Part shown: piece by piece, positions 51,127 to 59,782 of the stretch | Layout of the letters: every line of letters begins with the position of its first letter | Position numbering within the stretch: the first letter of the stretch is position 1 | Source: an uncultured Gammaproteobacteria bacterium | GTDB taxonomy: Bacteria; Patescibacteriota; Microgenomatia; UBA10105; UBA927 | Direction: 5' to 3' | NCBI GenBank assembly: GCA_964629685.1 | Contig: CAZVTT010000001.1 | Coordinates: 385,319 to 449,318 of the forward strand | Length of the DNA stretch: 64,000 nucleotides | Position numbers and translations under genes: made by a program | The notes under the pieces: model-generated | The model's input: only the letters and a program-made list of their open reading frames with translations | What the model was told of the DNA's origin: nothing | The model's database searches: none

Positions 51127-52047
51127 ATGGTGGAATCTAATTTTAAACTAAAAGTGGAGGCAGAAAAAACGGGTTACGGCCGGTTTAGTATTGAGCCTTT
51201 AGATCAAGGATACGGTCAGACACTCGGGAATAGTTTACGGAGAGTATTACTCTCTTCTCTTCCCGGGGCAGCAATTGTCTCGGTAAAAATTGAAGGTGTT
51301 AAACATCAATTTTCCACAATTGCCGGATTAAAAGAAGACGTGGTCGAATTTATTCTGAATTTAAAGAAAATTAGGTTAATTATTGAAGGTGATGAAACGG
51401 TTACCTTGAAATTATCAAAAAAAGGATCAGGTGAAATTACGGCTGCAGACATAGAAACACCAGCTGGCGTGACTATTGTTAACCCGGATTTGGTTTTGGG
51501 TACACTTGCAGACAAAAAAGCTGAGATTGAAGCTGAAATGACAGCCAGAAAAGGCTTTGGATATGCACCTGTAGATGACAGTCATGATGCACAAATTGGG
51601 ATGATTCCTATGGATGCGCTCTATTCGCCTGTACAACGGGTGAATTACCGCGTAGAAGCCACTCGTGTCGGTCGAATGACGAATCTTGACCGTTTGGTCA
51701 TGGAAATTTGGACGGACGGTACAATAGCTCCTCAGGAAGCCATGCGGGCATCAGCTAAAATTTTGGTTTCATTCTTTCAGCAGGTATATGAACCAAAACA
51801 GATGAGTACGGAAGAAGGCGTGGTGGTATCGCCGACAATTTCAGACGAGGTATTGAAAATGCGTATAGAGGAACTCGATATTCCTACCAGAATAGTAAAT
51901 GCGCTTTCAAAAGCTGAAATCGAAACTATTGGCCAATTATTGTCAACACCGCGAAGCGACTTAATGAAAGTGAAAAACTTAGGAGCAAAGTCGTTAAGTG
52001 TAGTTGAAGATAAATTGAAAGAAAAGGGAATAACACTATCGCTTTAA
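51127..52047 (+). CDS. rpoA: DNA-directed RNA polymerase alpha subunit
   Basis: N-terminal dimerisation domain and C-terminal HhH domain, at the alpha-operon position. Confidence 0.95.
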   Translation: MVESNFKLKVEAEKTGYGRFSIEPLDQGYGQTLGNSLRRVLLSSLPGAAIVSVKIEGVKHQFSTIAGLKEDVVEFILNLKKIRLIIEGDETVTLKLSKKGSGEITAADIETPAGVTIVNPDLVLGTLADKKAEIEAEMTARKGFGYAPVDDSHDAQIGMIPMDALYSPVQRVNYRVEATRVGRMTNLDRLVMEIWTDGTIAPQEAMRASAKILVSFFQQVYEPKQMSTEEGVVVSPTISDEVLKMRIEELDIPTRIVNALSKAEIETIGQLLSTPRSDLMKVKNLGAKSLSVVEDKLKEKGITLSL

Positions 52048-52065
52048 CGATAAGGTAAAAACTGT

Positions 52066-52554
52066 ATGAGACACGCGTATTTTGGTAAACAATTATCTCG
52101 GACTAAGAATCAACGGACAAGTTTATTCCGGATTATGCTGAAGGACTTATTCCGTCACGGATTTATTAAAACGACCAAGGTGAAAGCCCAGGCAATCCGT
52201 TCTTCTGCTGATAAGCTTATTACCAAAGCTAAAAAAAGCGGAGATAATAGTGCGCGTTTATTGTATGCAGAAATTCCCGATAAGCAGACGGTGTCCCGGA
52301 TAATGGAACTTACGGCAACGGCGTTTGCAAAACGTACCAGTGGTTACACCAGAATGACAAAATTGGGAAGCCGCAGAGGTGATAACGCTGAAGAGGTTAT
52401 TTTGTCGTTTGTAGACGAAATAGTAAAAACGGACGTGGTTAAACCCGCAGAGACTGTTTCTGCAAAGACCACTCCTGTTAAAAAGACTGCGGAAGTAAAA
52501 GTGGAGCCTAAAGTGAAAGCAGCAAAACGTACACGAACTGCTCCCAAAAAATAA
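52066..52554 (+). CDS. rplQ: 50S ribosomal protein L17 (with Lys/Ala/Thr-rich C-terminal extension)
   Basis: MRHAYFGKQLSRTKNQRTSLFR N-terminus. C-terminal tail of about 40 aa (KPAETVSAKTTPVKKTAEVKVEPKVKAAKRTRTAPKK). Confidence 0.9.
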   Translation: MRHAYFGKQLSRTKNQRTSLFRIMLKDLFRHGFIKTTKVKAQAIRSSADKLITKAKKSGDNSARLLYAEIPDKQTVSRIMELTATAFAKRTSGYTRMTKLGSRRGDNAEEVILSFVDEIVKTDVVKPAETVSAKTTPVKKTAEVKVEPKVKAAKRTRTAPKK

Positions 52555-52556
52555 CT

Positions 52557-52982
52557 ATGAAACCAGCGACAAAATCAACCAAAGCAGGCGAAATTATTCA
52601 CGGTTGGCATTTAATTGATGCCAAAGATCAAGTATTAGGTCGTGTTGCTACGGATATTGCCCAAAAATTAATGGGAAAACAAAAACCATACTTTGTGCAC
52701 AATCTTGATTGTGGTGATCACGTCGTCGTAATAAATGCAAAATTCGTACGGACTACCGGAAAAAAAGAAAAGAATAAAACGTACGGGAATTATTCCGGAT
52801 TTCCGGGGGGGCTAAAAGAGAAGGCCCTTTGGCAAGTGCGTTTGGAGAAGCCAACGGAACCGGTAAGACATGCTGTATTAGGAATGTTACCGAAGAATAA
52901 ATTACGTGATAGGCTTATGACACGATTGCATATCGTTGAAGAACAAGATCATCAGTATAAAGAACATTTTACTCAAAAATAA
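52557..52982 (+). CDS. rplM: 50S ribosomal protein L13
   Basis: WHLIDAKDQVLGRVAT N-terminal signature. Confidence 0.9.
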   Translation: MKPATKSTKAGEIIHGWHLIDAKDQVLGRVATDIAQKLMGKQKPYFVHNLDCGDHVVVINAKFVRTTGKKEKNKTYGNYSGFPGGLKEKALWQVRLEKPTEPVRHAVLGMLPKNKLRDRLMTRLHIVEEQDHQYKEHFTQK

Positions 52983-52983
52983 T

Positions 52984-53475
52984 ATGGTGAAAACAGTCCC
53001 GCCAGTTGAACAACCTGTCGTCGAAAAAGTAAAAGAAGCCGGTATATCCTACTATGAATCAGTAGGCCGTCGAAAAGAATCGACAGCGCGGGTTCGTTTA
53101 TATGTAGTAAAAGAAACATCTGTGACCGTTAAGGGACGAGCCCTTGATAAAGGAAGTATTGTTGTAAACAATAAACCGATTGAAGAATATTTTCCGGGAG
53201 AAATATCTAAAAAAATGTATCTGGAACCATTCAGAACAACAAATACACTAAATCGATTTGGCGTAAGTATAGTCTGCACAGGTGGTGGACTTGCCGGTCA
53301 GCTCGGTGCAGTACTTCACGGAATTGCCCGTGCATTAGTAAAAGTTGATAATGAAAAATTCCGGCCTATCTTAAAGAAACGCGGTTTTCTTACCCGTGAT
53401 CCTCGAGCCAAACAACGACGCAAAGCAGGGTTTGCCGGCAAATCACGCGCACGGAAACAAAGTCCAAAGCGTTAG
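52984..53475 (+). CDS. rpsI: 30S ribosomal protein S9
   Basis: Start at MVKTVPP (52984). C-terminal GGGLAGQLGAVLHGIARAL...KAGFAGKSRARKQSPKR. Confidence 0.9.
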   Translation: MVKTVPPVEQPVVEKVKEAGISYYESVGRRKESTARVRLYVVKETSVTVKGRALDKGSIVVNNKPIEEYFPGEISKKMYLEPFRTTNTLNRFGVSIVCTGGGLAGQLGAVLHGIARALVKVDNEKFRPILKKRGFLTRDPRAKQRRKAGFAGKSRARKQSPKR

Positions 53476-53529
53476 TCTCTTGCTCCTGGCTTGACACGTT
53501 GTTCATAGTATCTGTAGCATACGGATAGT

Positions 53530-54381
53530 ATGGCGAGTGCGAATATACCTTCTATAAATTTACCCTCATTCAAGCTTGTTCTGTGGATTGCTGGACTTAT
53601 CGCAGTAATAATCTTTTTGCGGGCTTTACTCATCTTTGTTCCTGCAGGACACGTAGGAGTAGTCTATGACATGGGGCGTGGAGTGCTTCCCGGTACTTTG
53701 CACGAAGGGATGAATGTAGCCATACCGTTTTGGCAACGGATAGTTCTATTGGACACCAGAATTCAGGAATATACCATGGCGGCTGTTCCAGACGAGGGGG
53801 CTTTATTCCGGGATGATTCGCTGGATGCTCCTACCAGCGATGGTCAACAGGTAAAAGTGGATGCAACCGTGTTGTTTAGGATTGATAAAGAAAAAGCACC
53901 TGACATATATAGAACAATCGGGTTGGATTATATAAATAAAATTATCCGTCCGTTTACCAGAAGTCAGATTCGCATGGTAATCAGTCGCTATTCCGCTCCG
54001 GCTATTTATTCCGAGAAGCGACAGGAAGCGGAAACGGTGATGACCCAGGAATTAGCACAACTTATGGCAGATAAGTATATATTGGTAGACAAAGTACTGT
54101 TACGGGCTGTATATTTTTCCCCTGAATATTCTAAGGCAATAGAAGAAAAAGTTATTGCCGAACAGCGGGTAAAGCAGGCGGAGTTTGAAGTAAAAGAGGC
54201 TTCACAACGGGCACAGTCAAAAATTGCTGAAGCAAAAGGGTTGGCGGAGGCTCAATCGTTGCAAAAAGCTTCGTTAACGCCGGAATTTATTCAGCTGGAA
54301 GCAATTAAAAAGTGGGACGGCAAAATGCCACAGGTTGCAGGTTCCGGTTCATTGCCCTTCATTAACATTCCGTTGAAGTAG
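53530..54381 (+). CDS. SPFH/band-7 (prohibitin/HflC-like) membrane protein
   Basis: N-terminal TM then an SPFH domain (DATVLFRIDKEKAPDIYRTIG...) and a C-terminal coiled coil. Confidence 0.75.
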   Translation: MASANIPSINLPSFKLVLWIAGLIAVIIFLRALLIFVPAGHVGVVYDMGRGVLPGTLHEGMNVAIPFWQRIVLLDTRIQEYTMAAVPDEGALFRDDSLDAPTSDGQQVKVDATVLFRIDKEKAPDIYRTIGLDYINKIIRPFTRSQIRMVISRYSAPAIYSEKRQEAETVMTQELAQLMADKYILVDKVLLRAVYFSPEYSKAIEEKVIAEQRVKQAEFEVKEASQRAQSKIAEAKGLAEAQSLQKASLTPEFIQLEAIKKWDGKMPQVAGSGSLPFINIPLK

Positions 54382-54465
54382 TTAACGTTTACAATACTGG
54401 GTATTTACCCCGTACCTTGCAGTATCCTATTTACTATGCCCTAACGTTCTGGATAGTGTATTATA

Positions 54466-56163
54466 GTGACGTTCGGGTTCAAAATGAAACTTAGAATCAA
54501 GGAATTATTCACATCCGTCGGACCGCTTTGGGTTAGTATTTGCCTAGTCGGTGTCCTGTTATTTAGTTATTTCTTACGGATATATCACTTGGGTAGTTTG
54601 CCCTATGGATATTACGAGGAAGAAATGACGAATACCTATGTAGGTCGTTTTATTTTCTTAAATGGGAAAGACTTATACGGCAATACATTTCCACTGCTCT
54701 ATTTTGATAAATTCGGAGATTATCCCCCAATACTTCCTCTATATATTTCCGGAGCAGCTACATTCTTTTTCGGTATAAATGAGTTTGCAGGAAGGTTCCC
54801 CGTAGCATTATTGGGTGTATTAACAAGTATTCCTTTATTTTTTCTTGCCAGAAGGTTTTATCGTTCAAATATTGCCGGACTTATAGCCGCGATAATTTTA
54901 AGTACGGCACCCTGGCATGTTGTTTTATCCCGGACTACTGCTGAGGGCATAATCGGATTGTTTACCTATGTTTCAGGGATAGTATTCAGTATTACCGGTA
55001 TTGAAGAAAAACGCCGTTCCCATATCGTCGTTGGTTCATGCTTATTCGTATTAGGCTATTTCTTATACCCGTCTTTGCGCATCTTGACACCGTTAACTAT
55101 CGTCCCGCTGGTGCTTATAAGTTGGAAATCGTTAAGAGTCAGGTATTTGGTACTGGCAGGATTGATCATAACGTCTCTCATGACATTGTATATAGCGAGT
55201 ACTCCTTGGGGACGTGCCAGATTTATGCAAACGTCTTTGTTTTCGAGTCCGGAAACGGCACAAACTATCAGGACCAGAAATGAGTTATTAAGTAATGGGG
55301 ATGGTCCGAACAATATCACAATCGCCAGAATGTTTCATAATAAGATTATCGGGTATACGCGTGAGTTTGCATATCAGTATGTAAGTTATTTTTCTCCGAA
55401 ACATCTGTTTCTTTCTGCAGACGGACAGTATCGGTATTACAATGTTCCGGATCAGGGATTATTTCTGTTAACAACACTACCGTTGCTTATTGCTGCTTTG
55501 TTACGGCGTAAACGGAATAGCCCTTGGCTGTGGTATACGGTATACCTATTGCTCATTACACCAATTCCCGCAGCGATTACGGTTGACTTTGTTCCTCATG
55601 TGCACAGGGCAATATTTATGTTGGTTCCGCTGATCCTCTTAATGTCTGCAGGTTCGGTTAATATCCTGCAGTATGCTAAAGGAAAAAGTGTTTATATACT
55701 TTGCGCCGTATTTTTAGCCGCACTTGCTTTGGAGTCGACATATTTTTGGCATCAGTACAGTTATCACGCTGACGCTCATCAAAGTTTATTGAGGAATGAC
55801 GGAGACAGGGAAATGATTCAAACTGTTATACAAAGACGATCGAATTATGCACGGGTAATTGTGCCTGTTTTTGAACGGTTACCACTATATTACTTGTTTT
55901 ATACGAATAACTTTGATGCTGGTCTTATCGGACGATTTAAATCGGAGTTACGGTTAGATGAAGTGGACAATATAACGTTTTTTAATGACTGGTGTCCTAC
56001 AAAACTACTTGATCCAAAGACCCTATCACAGGATACGCTTTTGATTGATAATTCTCCTTGTGGATTGGCTCCGGGGTATAAAGAAGTTTTGGTTCAATAC
56101 CGTAAAGACGGTACTCAGTCTTATCGGTATTACACACCTGATCCGTCGGGAATGAAACTCTAA
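54466..56163 (+). CDS. GT39/PMT-like (ArnT-type) polytopic membrane glycosyltransferase
   Basis: Multiple TM helices and a PMT_2-like region YYEEEMTNTYVGRF...FPLLYFDKFGDYPP. The start may be at a downstream Met, such as MKLRIKE. Confidence 0.65.
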   Translation: MTFGFKMKLRIKELFTSVGPLWVSICLVGVLLFSYFLRIYHLGSLPYGYYEEEMTNTYVGRFIFLNGKDLYGNTFPLLYFDKFGDYPPILPLYISGAATFFFGINEFAGRFPVALLGVLTSIPLFFLARRFYRSNIAGLIAAIILSTAPWHVVLSRTTAEGIIGLFTYVSGIVFSITGIEEKRRSHIVVGSCLFVLGYFLYPSLRILTPLTIVPLVLISWKSLRVRYLVLAGLIITSLMTLYIASTPWGRARFMQTSLFSSPETAQTIRTRNELLSNGDGPNNITIARMFHNKIIGYTREFAYQYVSYFSPKHLFLSADGQYRYYNVPDQGLFLLTTLPLLIAALLRRKRNSPWLWYTVYLLLITPIPAAITVDFVPHVHRAIFMLVPLILLMSAGSVNILQYAKGKSVYILCAVFLAALALESTYFWHQYSYHADAHQSLLRNDGDREMIQTVIQRRSNYARVIVPVFERLPLYYLFYTNNFDAGLIGRFKSELRLDEVDNITFFNDWCPTKLLDPKTLSQDTLLIDNSPCGLAPGYKEVLVQYRKDGTQSYRYYTPDPSGMKL

Positions 56164-56199
56164 GCGTAAGAGTAAATTTCTTCAATTTGTTCCCCTGTT

Positions 56200-56227
56200 T
56201 TGACACTTTTTGGTTTTGTGGTACAAT
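56200..56227 (+). promoter_or_regulatory. extended -10 promoter driving the argH leader
   Basis: TTGACA-N16-TGgTACAAT. Confidence 0.5.
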
Positions 56228-56235
56228 TACCGGAC

Positions 56236-56471
56236 AAGTTAATATGGCGTTGACGGAGAAAGGCTAAGCATAGCGAGGCCCTCGAGCTCCCGAGTCAGTT
56301 TCCGAAAAAATCCGTAAGGAAAGTAAGAAACATTTGAGGTAATTTGATCTCTGTCAAGGCTGACACAGAGGTTTTTATGTAGGTAATCTACAGCAAATTA
56401 CGAAAAAGCGTGGCACCACGGATATATCCGTCGCTTTAATCCTGATAGTTGGATTAAACGGCGGTTTTTTT
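56236..56471 (+). ncRNA. T-box riboswitch-like leader RNA (antiterminator/terminator) upstream of argH
   Basis: About 250-nt leader. Antiterminator AGCG[UGGCACC]ACGGA-UAUA-UCCGU-CGCU at 56407-56435 matches the T-box consensus AGGGUGGNACCGCG at 14/19 positions and has the 7-nt bulge. It overlaps the terminator CCGUCGCUUUAAUCC-loop-GGAUUAAACGGCGG-UUUUUUU. A Stem I-like helix ACGGA...UCCGU encloses UUUCCGAAAAAA. Confidence 0.5.
56428..56471 (+). terminator. intrinsic terminator of the argH leader
   Basis: 14-bp imperfect stem CCGTCGCTTTAATCC / GGATTAAACGGCGG followed by a 7-T tract. Confidence 0.6.
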
Positions 56472-56488
56472 GTGGTCAAAGGAGCATT

Positions 56489-57844
56489 ATGAAAACGTTA
56501 TGGGGAAAAAAAATTGATCAATTACATGAAGCTGAACACTATTGTTTTGGCGATACGGCTGTGCTGGATAATCAACTCATTTTTCAGGATGTATTAGGTT
56601 CGCTTGCACACATTCAGATGTTATGTTCAATCGGACTCCTTAGCCGGTTGGAGTATGAACAGCTACAGCGTGGACTAAAGACAATCCTTGCATTACACCA
56701 ACAGGGAAAGTTTGTCGTTTCACCAGATGATGAAGACGTGCACACAAAGGTAGAAGCGTATTTATCCGATACATTAGGAGAAGTTGGTAAGAAGGTACAT
56801 ACGGGGAGGAGCAGAAATGATCAAATATTAACTGATTTACGTTTATATACGAAAGATCAGTTCTTTCGCGTTACGGCCGCATACACGGAATTTATTTCTG
56901 CCTGTATTGCGTTTGCAACAGCCCATGAATGGATACCAATAGTTGGGTATACCCATATGCAACGCGCTATGCCGTCTTCGGTAGGCATGTGGATGGGTAG
57001 CTTTGTCGAGAGCGGATTAGACGATTTATCCATATTGCAGTCACTATATTTACTGAATGACCAGTCTCCCTTGGGTACCGGCGCAGCCTATGGGGTACCA
57101 CTGCCGTTAGACAGACAGTTAACTGCCACATTATTAGGGTTTACTGCGGTACAGAATAATTCTTTGTACGCTCAATGTTCCAGAGGGAAAAGTCATGCCG
57201 CGGTACTACACGGTCTGACGCAGGTAATGTTAACTCTTTCCAGATTGGCACAGGATCTTTTGTTGTTTACGACGGCAGAGTTTAATTTTTTTAGCGTAGG
57301 CAAAGATTTATGTACCGGTTCCAGTATCATGCCACAAAAAAATAATTTGGATGTAATGGAGTTCGTCCGGGCCCGCACGCATCAGGTTATTGCTCATGAA
57401 CAATCGGTTTTGGCTATGATTGCCGGACTACCTTCGGGATATAACGCTGATTTCGGAGAAACGAAGTATCCCCTCATCAAAGCGTTTGAGGTTGTACTCG
57501 GTTCTCTTCGGATTTGCACTTTGACGGTTAATTCATTGCAGTGTAATCCTGATGGATTACATAATAGTCTTTCGCCTGAAATATTTTCGACACAGGCAGC
57601 GTACGAGTTAGTAAAAAGCGGTATGCCGTTTAGGGATGCATACAAAAAGATAGGAGATTCACTCACGGAACTACCTGAATTTGATGCGGCCTCGTCATTG
57701 CGTTTATCTACCCATATGGGCGGAACTGCGAATTTGAGACTTTCGGATTTATCAGAAAAATTAATACAAGAGAAAAAATGGTGGAATAAGAAACAATCTA
57801 CGTATAAAAAAGCAATCGTTTCACTCGGAGGGCAGTTTGTATGA
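56489..57844 (+). CDS. argH: argininosuccinate lyase
   Basis: Fumarate-lyase signature GSSIMPQKNN and TGRSRNDQ. Confidence 0.9.
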   Translation: MKTLWGKKIDQLHEAEHYCFGDTAVLDNQLIFQDVLGSLAHIQMLCSIGLLSRLEYEQLQRGLKTILALHQQGKFVVSPDDEDVHTKVEAYLSDTLGEVGKKVHTGRSRNDQILTDLRLYTKDQFFRVTAAYTEFISACIAFATAHEWIPIVGYTHMQRAMPSSVGMWMGSFVESGLDDLSILQSLYLLNDQSPLGTGAAYGVPLPLDRQLTATLLGFTAVQNNSLYAQCSRGKSHAAVLHGLTQVMLTLSRLAQDLLLFTTAEFNFFSVGKDLCTGSSIMPQKNNLDVMEFVRARTHQVIAHEQSVLAMIAGLPSGYNADFGETKYPLIKAFEVVLGSLRICTLTVNSLQCNPDGLHNSLSPEIFSTQAAYELVKSGMPFRDAYKKIGDSLTELPEFDAASSLRLSTHMGGTANLRLSDLSEKLIQEKKWWNKKQSTYKKAIVSLGGQFV

Positions 57845-58317
57845 ACGCTTCGGTTGAATGTTTACCTTTACGTGTTACGGATTTTAATCGCGCTTATACG
57901 ATCTGGAAAAAAGCCGGATTAGTGTTGGCTGATTACGCCAGGGAACGGTATGAATTTTCGATGATTCTTGAGCGGAATCCGGAAATTTGTTTGGCTGCTT
58001 ATGTTAACGGCACTATGGTCGGATGTATATTGGGTGCGTTTAATGGCAAACGTGCTTGGATATATCATTTGGCGGTTCTTCCTGAGTATCAAGGGAAAAA
58101 CGTGGGGTCGCTACTGGTACAGCAGGTAGAAACTGAGCTTCGTGATAAGGGTGTAACGAAATTACTGTTGAGTGTAGCCGTAACGAATTTAAAGGTAGTT
58201 CCTTTTTATGAACGTCAGGGGTATTCCGTAATGCCGAATTCAATATTGTTGGAAAAGGATGTATATAGTGGTCAATCCATTGTGAAAGGAGGTGAAATGT
58301 ATGCAAATTCAAACTGA
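57841..58317 (+). CDS. GNAT N-acetyltransferase (possible short N-acetylglutamate synthase)
   Basis: GNAT motif A region (WIYHLAVLPEYQGKNVGSLLV). Overlaps the argH stop and the argG start by a few nt. Confidence 0.65.
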   Translation: MNASVECLPLRVTDFNRAYTIWKKAGLVLADYARERYEFSMILERNPEICLAAYVNGTMVGCILGAFNGKRAWIYHLAVLPEYQGKNVGSLLVQQVETELRDKGVTKLLLSVAVTNLKVVPFYERQGYSVMPNSILLEKDVYSGQSIVKGGEMYANSN

Positions 58318-59551
58318 TTATATAAAGGTCAGTTCATATGAAGCAAAAGTTGGTGAGGTAAAAAAAGTATTACTGTTGTATTCCGGCGGATTAGACACCA
58401 GCGTGATGTTGAAATGGATACAGGAAAAATATCACGCGGATGTTGTCGCGTTAACCCTTGATTTAGGTCAACAACATGATGATTTGGAGGCTATAAAACG
58501 TAAGGCTTTAACATTCGGTGCCAGTAAAGCGATAACTCTTGATGTAAAGCATGAATTTGCCGATGACTTTATTGCGAAAGGAATTTTAGCGAATTGTTCG
58601 TATCAGGGTGATTATCATCTTTCTACTCCTATAGGTAGAGCCCTACTTGCCAAAAAAGCCGTTGAAATCGCAGCACAGGAGCATGTTGATTGCATTGCAC
58701 ATGGATGTACGGGCAAAGGGAATGACCAGGTAAGAATAGAAGGATATGCTTTAACGCTTAATCCAAAACTAAAAATTATCGCACCTGTGCGTGAATGGAA
58801 AATGGATAGAAATGACGAAATTATCTACGCAGAACAGCACGGTATACCTGTCCCCGCATCCATCGCGTTTCCGTATAGCGTTGACGATAACATGTGGGGT
58901 ATGACGTGGGAAGGTGGTGAAATTGAAGAACCGGATGTTATTTCTCCCATAGAAAAGTTTTTAACAACATATACGTTAGCAAAAAATGCACCGGACAAGG
59001 AATCATTTGTGACACTGTCTTTCTCACACGGTCTTCCCGTAGCCTTGAACGGTAAAAGAATGAAGTTAGCGTCTCTTATTCTTGCCTTAAATATATTGGC
59101 AGGGAAATATGGGGTAGGCGTGGTGCAAATGTTTGAAGACAGACTTGTGGGACTTAAGAACGGTGGAGTATATGAACTTCCTGGAGCACATGTAATTATC
59201 GAAGCGCATAAGGCGTTGGAGAAATATGTATCTACCAGGCTGCTCAATGAACTAAAAGCTCAGTTGGATATTAAATGGGGTTATCTTTGTTATGGAGCTC
59301 TTTGGTTTGATCCGGTAATGAACGCGATTAATGCTTTCAATGAAACGGTTAATACAAATGTGACTGGAGATGTGGTGGTGAAATTGTACAAAGGGAGTAC
59401 GACGGTAGTGTCTTTAAACTCTCCCTTCGGGTTAGACCATACGTCCTTTTCTAATACCGAAGGTTATGGTTTTAATGTGAATGCGAGTGCCGGATTCACT
59501 GAAATATATTCTTTACAGATGAAGTTGGCTAACCAAATTGCTGCAAAATGA
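58292..59551 (+). CDS. argG: argininosuccinate synthase
   Basis: PP-loop YSGGLDTSV and conserved ASS domains. Confidence 0.9.
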   Translation: MKCMQIQTDYIKVSSYEAKVGEVKKVLLLYSGGLDTSVMLKWIQEKYHADVVALTLDLGQQHDDLEAIKRKALTFGASKAITLDVKHEFADDFIAKGILANCSYQGDYHLSTPIGRALLAKKAVEIAAQEHVDCIAHGCTGKGNDQVRIEGYALTLNPKLKIIAPVREWKMDRNDEIIYAEQHGIPVPASIAFPYSVDDNMWGMTWEGGEIEEPDVISPIEKFLTTYTLAKNAPDKESFVTLSFSHGLPVALNGKRMKLASLILALNILAGKYGVGVVQMFEDRLVGLKNGGVYELPGAHVIIEAHKALEKYVSTRLLNELKAQLDIKWGYLCYGALWFDPVMNAINAFNETVNTNVTGDVVVKLYKGSTTVVSLNSPFGLDHTSFSNTEGYGFNVNASAGFTEIYSLQMKLANQIAAK

Positions 59552-59559
59552 CGAAACGT

Positions 59560-59585
59560 GGGGGAGTAGGAGCTCATACTCCCCC
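59560..59585. terminator. GC-rich bidirectional hairpin between argG and tRNA-Pro
   Basis: GGGGGAGTA-GGAGCTCA-TACTCCCCC, a perfect 9-bp stem, 8 nt after the argG stop and 7 nt beyond the 3' end of the minus-strand tRNA. Confidence 0.45.
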
Positions 59586-59592
59586 TGTCATC

Positions 59593-59669
59593 TGGTCGGG
59601 GTGGGCAGACTTGAACTGCCAACCTTTCGCACCCCATGCGAATGCGCTAGCCAATTGCGCTACACCCCG
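59593..59669 (-). tRNA. tRNA-Pro (anticodon GGG)
   Basis: The reverse complement folds as a cloverleaf: acceptor CGGGGTG/CACCCCG, U8-A9, D-stem GCGC, anticodon stem TTCGC/GCGAA with loop AT-GGG-GT (U33, G37), T-arm GGCAG-TTCAAGT-CTGCC, discriminator A, and CCA encoded. Confidence 0.85.
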
Positions 59670-59782
59670 AGGGTACTTTTTCCAGACGTTTTTAAATGTC
59701 TGTGAAAGTAGCTTGTATTCTACCATTATTTATGGAAGAATGGCACTAACTTTGATGCTATAGGTACGAAAGGAGTCCGTGT

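Noticed and set aside
56246-56269. Mini-ORF ATG GCG TTG ACG GAG AAA GGC TAA (MALTEKG) at the start of the argH leader, as a possible attenuation leader peptide
   Set aside because: It contains no Arg codons, has no convincing RBS, and lies inside what looks like T-box Stem I. The antiterminator bulge architecture explains the leader better than ribosome-mediated attenuation.
59548-59763. 71-aa plus-strand ORF from the track overlapping the argG end
   Set aside because: It is entirely explained by the minus-strand tRNA-Pro(GGG) gene and the GC-rich terminator hairpin. It has no RBS and the overlap with argG is implausible.
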